From Schizochytrium sp. TIO01 (lineage: Eukaryota > Protista > Bigyra: Labyrinthulomycetes), in the NCBI GenBank assembly GCA_004764695.1, contig SMSO01000005.1:620001-684000 (forward strand): a stretch of DNA of 64,000 bases. Reading direction: 5' to 3'. How positions within the stretch are numbered: position 1 is the first letter of the stretch; each line of letters begins with the position of its first letter. The notes under the pieces are model-generated. The model saw only the letters and a list, made by a program, of their open reading frames with translations. It did not search any database and had not been told where the DNA came from. Positions 62,426-64,000 of this stretch are shown in pieces. A program made the translations under genes and the position numbers.

Positions 62426-64000
62426 ATGGCCAGCAACCAGGCCTTCTCATGCCTCGACGGCGTACGCGCTGTTGTGCGTGATGGCTGGGCTGGCTGGAAA
62501 CTAGCAAAAATTCCAACCCCTCATGTCTCTTCACCTTCACCACAAGATCAGGACTGGGTGGTTTTAGACTGGCATGGTGAAGAGGGGCCAGCTACTTGCT
62601 GGTTGGTGGTCTGGCGCGATGGTACTTGTCAGCTTCGGCTCGATCGTGGCCAAATGTTCCCATTACCCCGCGTCGATGATATATCCGAAGACTCAATTCC
62701 AACTGCTTCTTCGTCTTCATCTTCTGAAAAAGTAATATCACCAGTTATCGATACGCCTAGTATTACTCATCTTGATACGAGTTCTCATGTCCCTCACAAG
62801 CGTGAACATGACTCTCTGTCTCCATCTGATAATCCATCAAACGACGTGACCTCTAGCTTCACCCCGACTAGAAGCAGTACGCCTCAAAATAACCTGATTA
62901 GCCTCGTGCAGTCCCTGCTGGAATGTGCTGCAGAGCAAGTGAAGCAGCTTCCCCTTGAATTCAAGGATGTCCCTGGCCGTGATGATCTTGTCATTCGTGG
63001 CGATGCTGCTTTTCGTCGACTTGGTGAAGAAAAGACTCTCATTGGACCAGTTGTGGGTGCTATCCGTTCCAGAACTGAAGCTGATCTAAAGATTATTGAA
63101 GACCCAGTCGCCTTTGGTGGTCATTGGATTGCCGAACTTTTGGAAGCACAACCTGTCAAACGCCGGCATACAGACGTTGAAAAGTGTATTACTATCAGTG
63201 ACGAACAATTGGATATGTTGCGGACTACTGGTCTCCTCGTTATGCCGAATGCTCTTGATGCAGCTCTGGTAGCTACCCTTCGAGATGAGGCTCGCGAAAT
63301 GAGCTTGGCAAGAAGTGCGCATGGCCAACATCCCTCCGTTCGCTCAGACAAAGTGGCTTTTGTTGAATTCGGAGAAAGTGACGACCTGGAGCATGCTTTC
63401 GCAATTCTCGAAGATGCTGGAGCTCAGGTTGGATCGTGGCGCGGCGCACCGCTTATGCGGCCTACGCAAGGCATGGTGTCGCTCTATGGGGATTCAGGTG
63501 CGCACTATGCCAAGCACTTCGATAACGAACGTGACCGCCAAGGATTTTGGCGAAACCATAGAGTTCTAACTGCGCTTTTGTATTTGAGTGATGAGGGATA
63601 CTCCTGTGCTTTGCACGGAGGTGAACTTGTAGCAGAAGACACCAACGCCACAACTCACTCGATCGACCCGACACCTGGGACACTTGTTCTTTTTGATAGT
63701 CGGGCGATAGAGCACACGGTTATGCCCATTAAACACCACAGCCAACAACATGATGAAAAAAACACAGACACTGAGCCTGACTCGGCTCCAGCCATACCCA
63801 TCATACCTCACGCACAACGATATGCAGTTTCGCTTTGGTTTGTTGCCACTACGATGCTTGAGTCAGACCCCTTACCCCCCTCCGGTATAAAATCACGTCC
63901 TCCGCCTATCATCCGGGAACCTACACGGATACTAAAAAGCTCAGAATCTGATGACGGGGAACGGCCTGCCAAAATACCAAGGGTGGTTGTCTCAAATTGC
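62426..64000 (+). CDS. EGLN/PHD-type 2-oxoglutarate/Fe(II) prolyl hydroxylase (3' end beyond window)
   Basis: Manually translated open frame from ATG 62426 to the window end (525 codons), absent from the track: VRSDKV, MVSLYGDSGAHYAKHFDN (HxD 63515-63523), RVLTALLYL, GGEL, PGTLVLFDSRAIEHTVMP (His 63713), RYAVSLWF (Arg 63818). Confidence 0.88.
   Translation, partial: MASNQAFSCLDGVRAVVRDGWAGWKLAKIPTPHVSSPSPQDQDWVVLDWHGEEGPATCWLVVWRDGTCQLRLDRGQMFPLPRVDDISEDSIPTASSSSSSEKVISPVIDTPSITHLDTSSHVPHKREHDSLSPSDNPSNDVTSSFTPTRSSTPQNNLISLVQSLLECAAEQVKQLPLEFKDVPGRDDLVIRGDAAFRRLGEEKTLIGPVVGAIRSRTEADLKIIEDPVAFGGHWIAELLEAQPVKRRHTDVEKCITISDEQLDMLRTTGLLVMPNALDAALVATLRDEAREMSLARSAHGQHPSVRSDKVAFVEFGESDDLEHAFAILEDAGAQVGSWRGAPLMRPTQGMVSLYGDSGAHYAKHFDNERDRQGFWRNHRVLTALLYLSDEGYSCALHGGELVAEDTNATTHSIDPTPGTLVLFDSRAIEHTVMPIKHHSQQHDEKNTDTEPDSAPAIPIIPHAQRYAVSLWFVATTMLESDPLPPSGIKSRPPPIIREPTRILKSSESDDGERPAKIPRVVVSNC

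Overview
Eukaryotic, intron-poor nuclear DNA with long microsatellite-rich intergenic regions. The style (TATG/GCTT/GAAG repeats, single-exon genes, CAAAATG-like starts) suggests a thraustochytrid such as Aurantiochytrium, but this is inference. Ten protein genes are supported: a TM-type short tRNase Z; an unknown poly-Q membrane protein; RPL18A (probably with an ATG-only first coding exon and a ~600-nt intron); two tandem paralogues of an unrecognised transcription-factor-like family (conserved N-terminal domain, Q/H/S-rich linker, PAS-like C-terminus); a METTL21-family methyltransferase; MED18; a catalytically dead MULE-transposase-derived protein; a bHLH-ZIP; and an EGLN/PHD-type prolyl hydroxylase that runs off the right end and is missing from the ORF track. 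There are also four intron-containing tRNA(CGA) genes with an atypical body and a ~22-kb stretch with no recognisable gene. The best leads are the paralogous DBD-PAS-like pair, the domesticated MULE gene, the unusual tRNA cluster, and recurrent inverted TAGGTA elements upstream of several regulatory genes. Family assignments come from motif recognition by eye; no searches were run.
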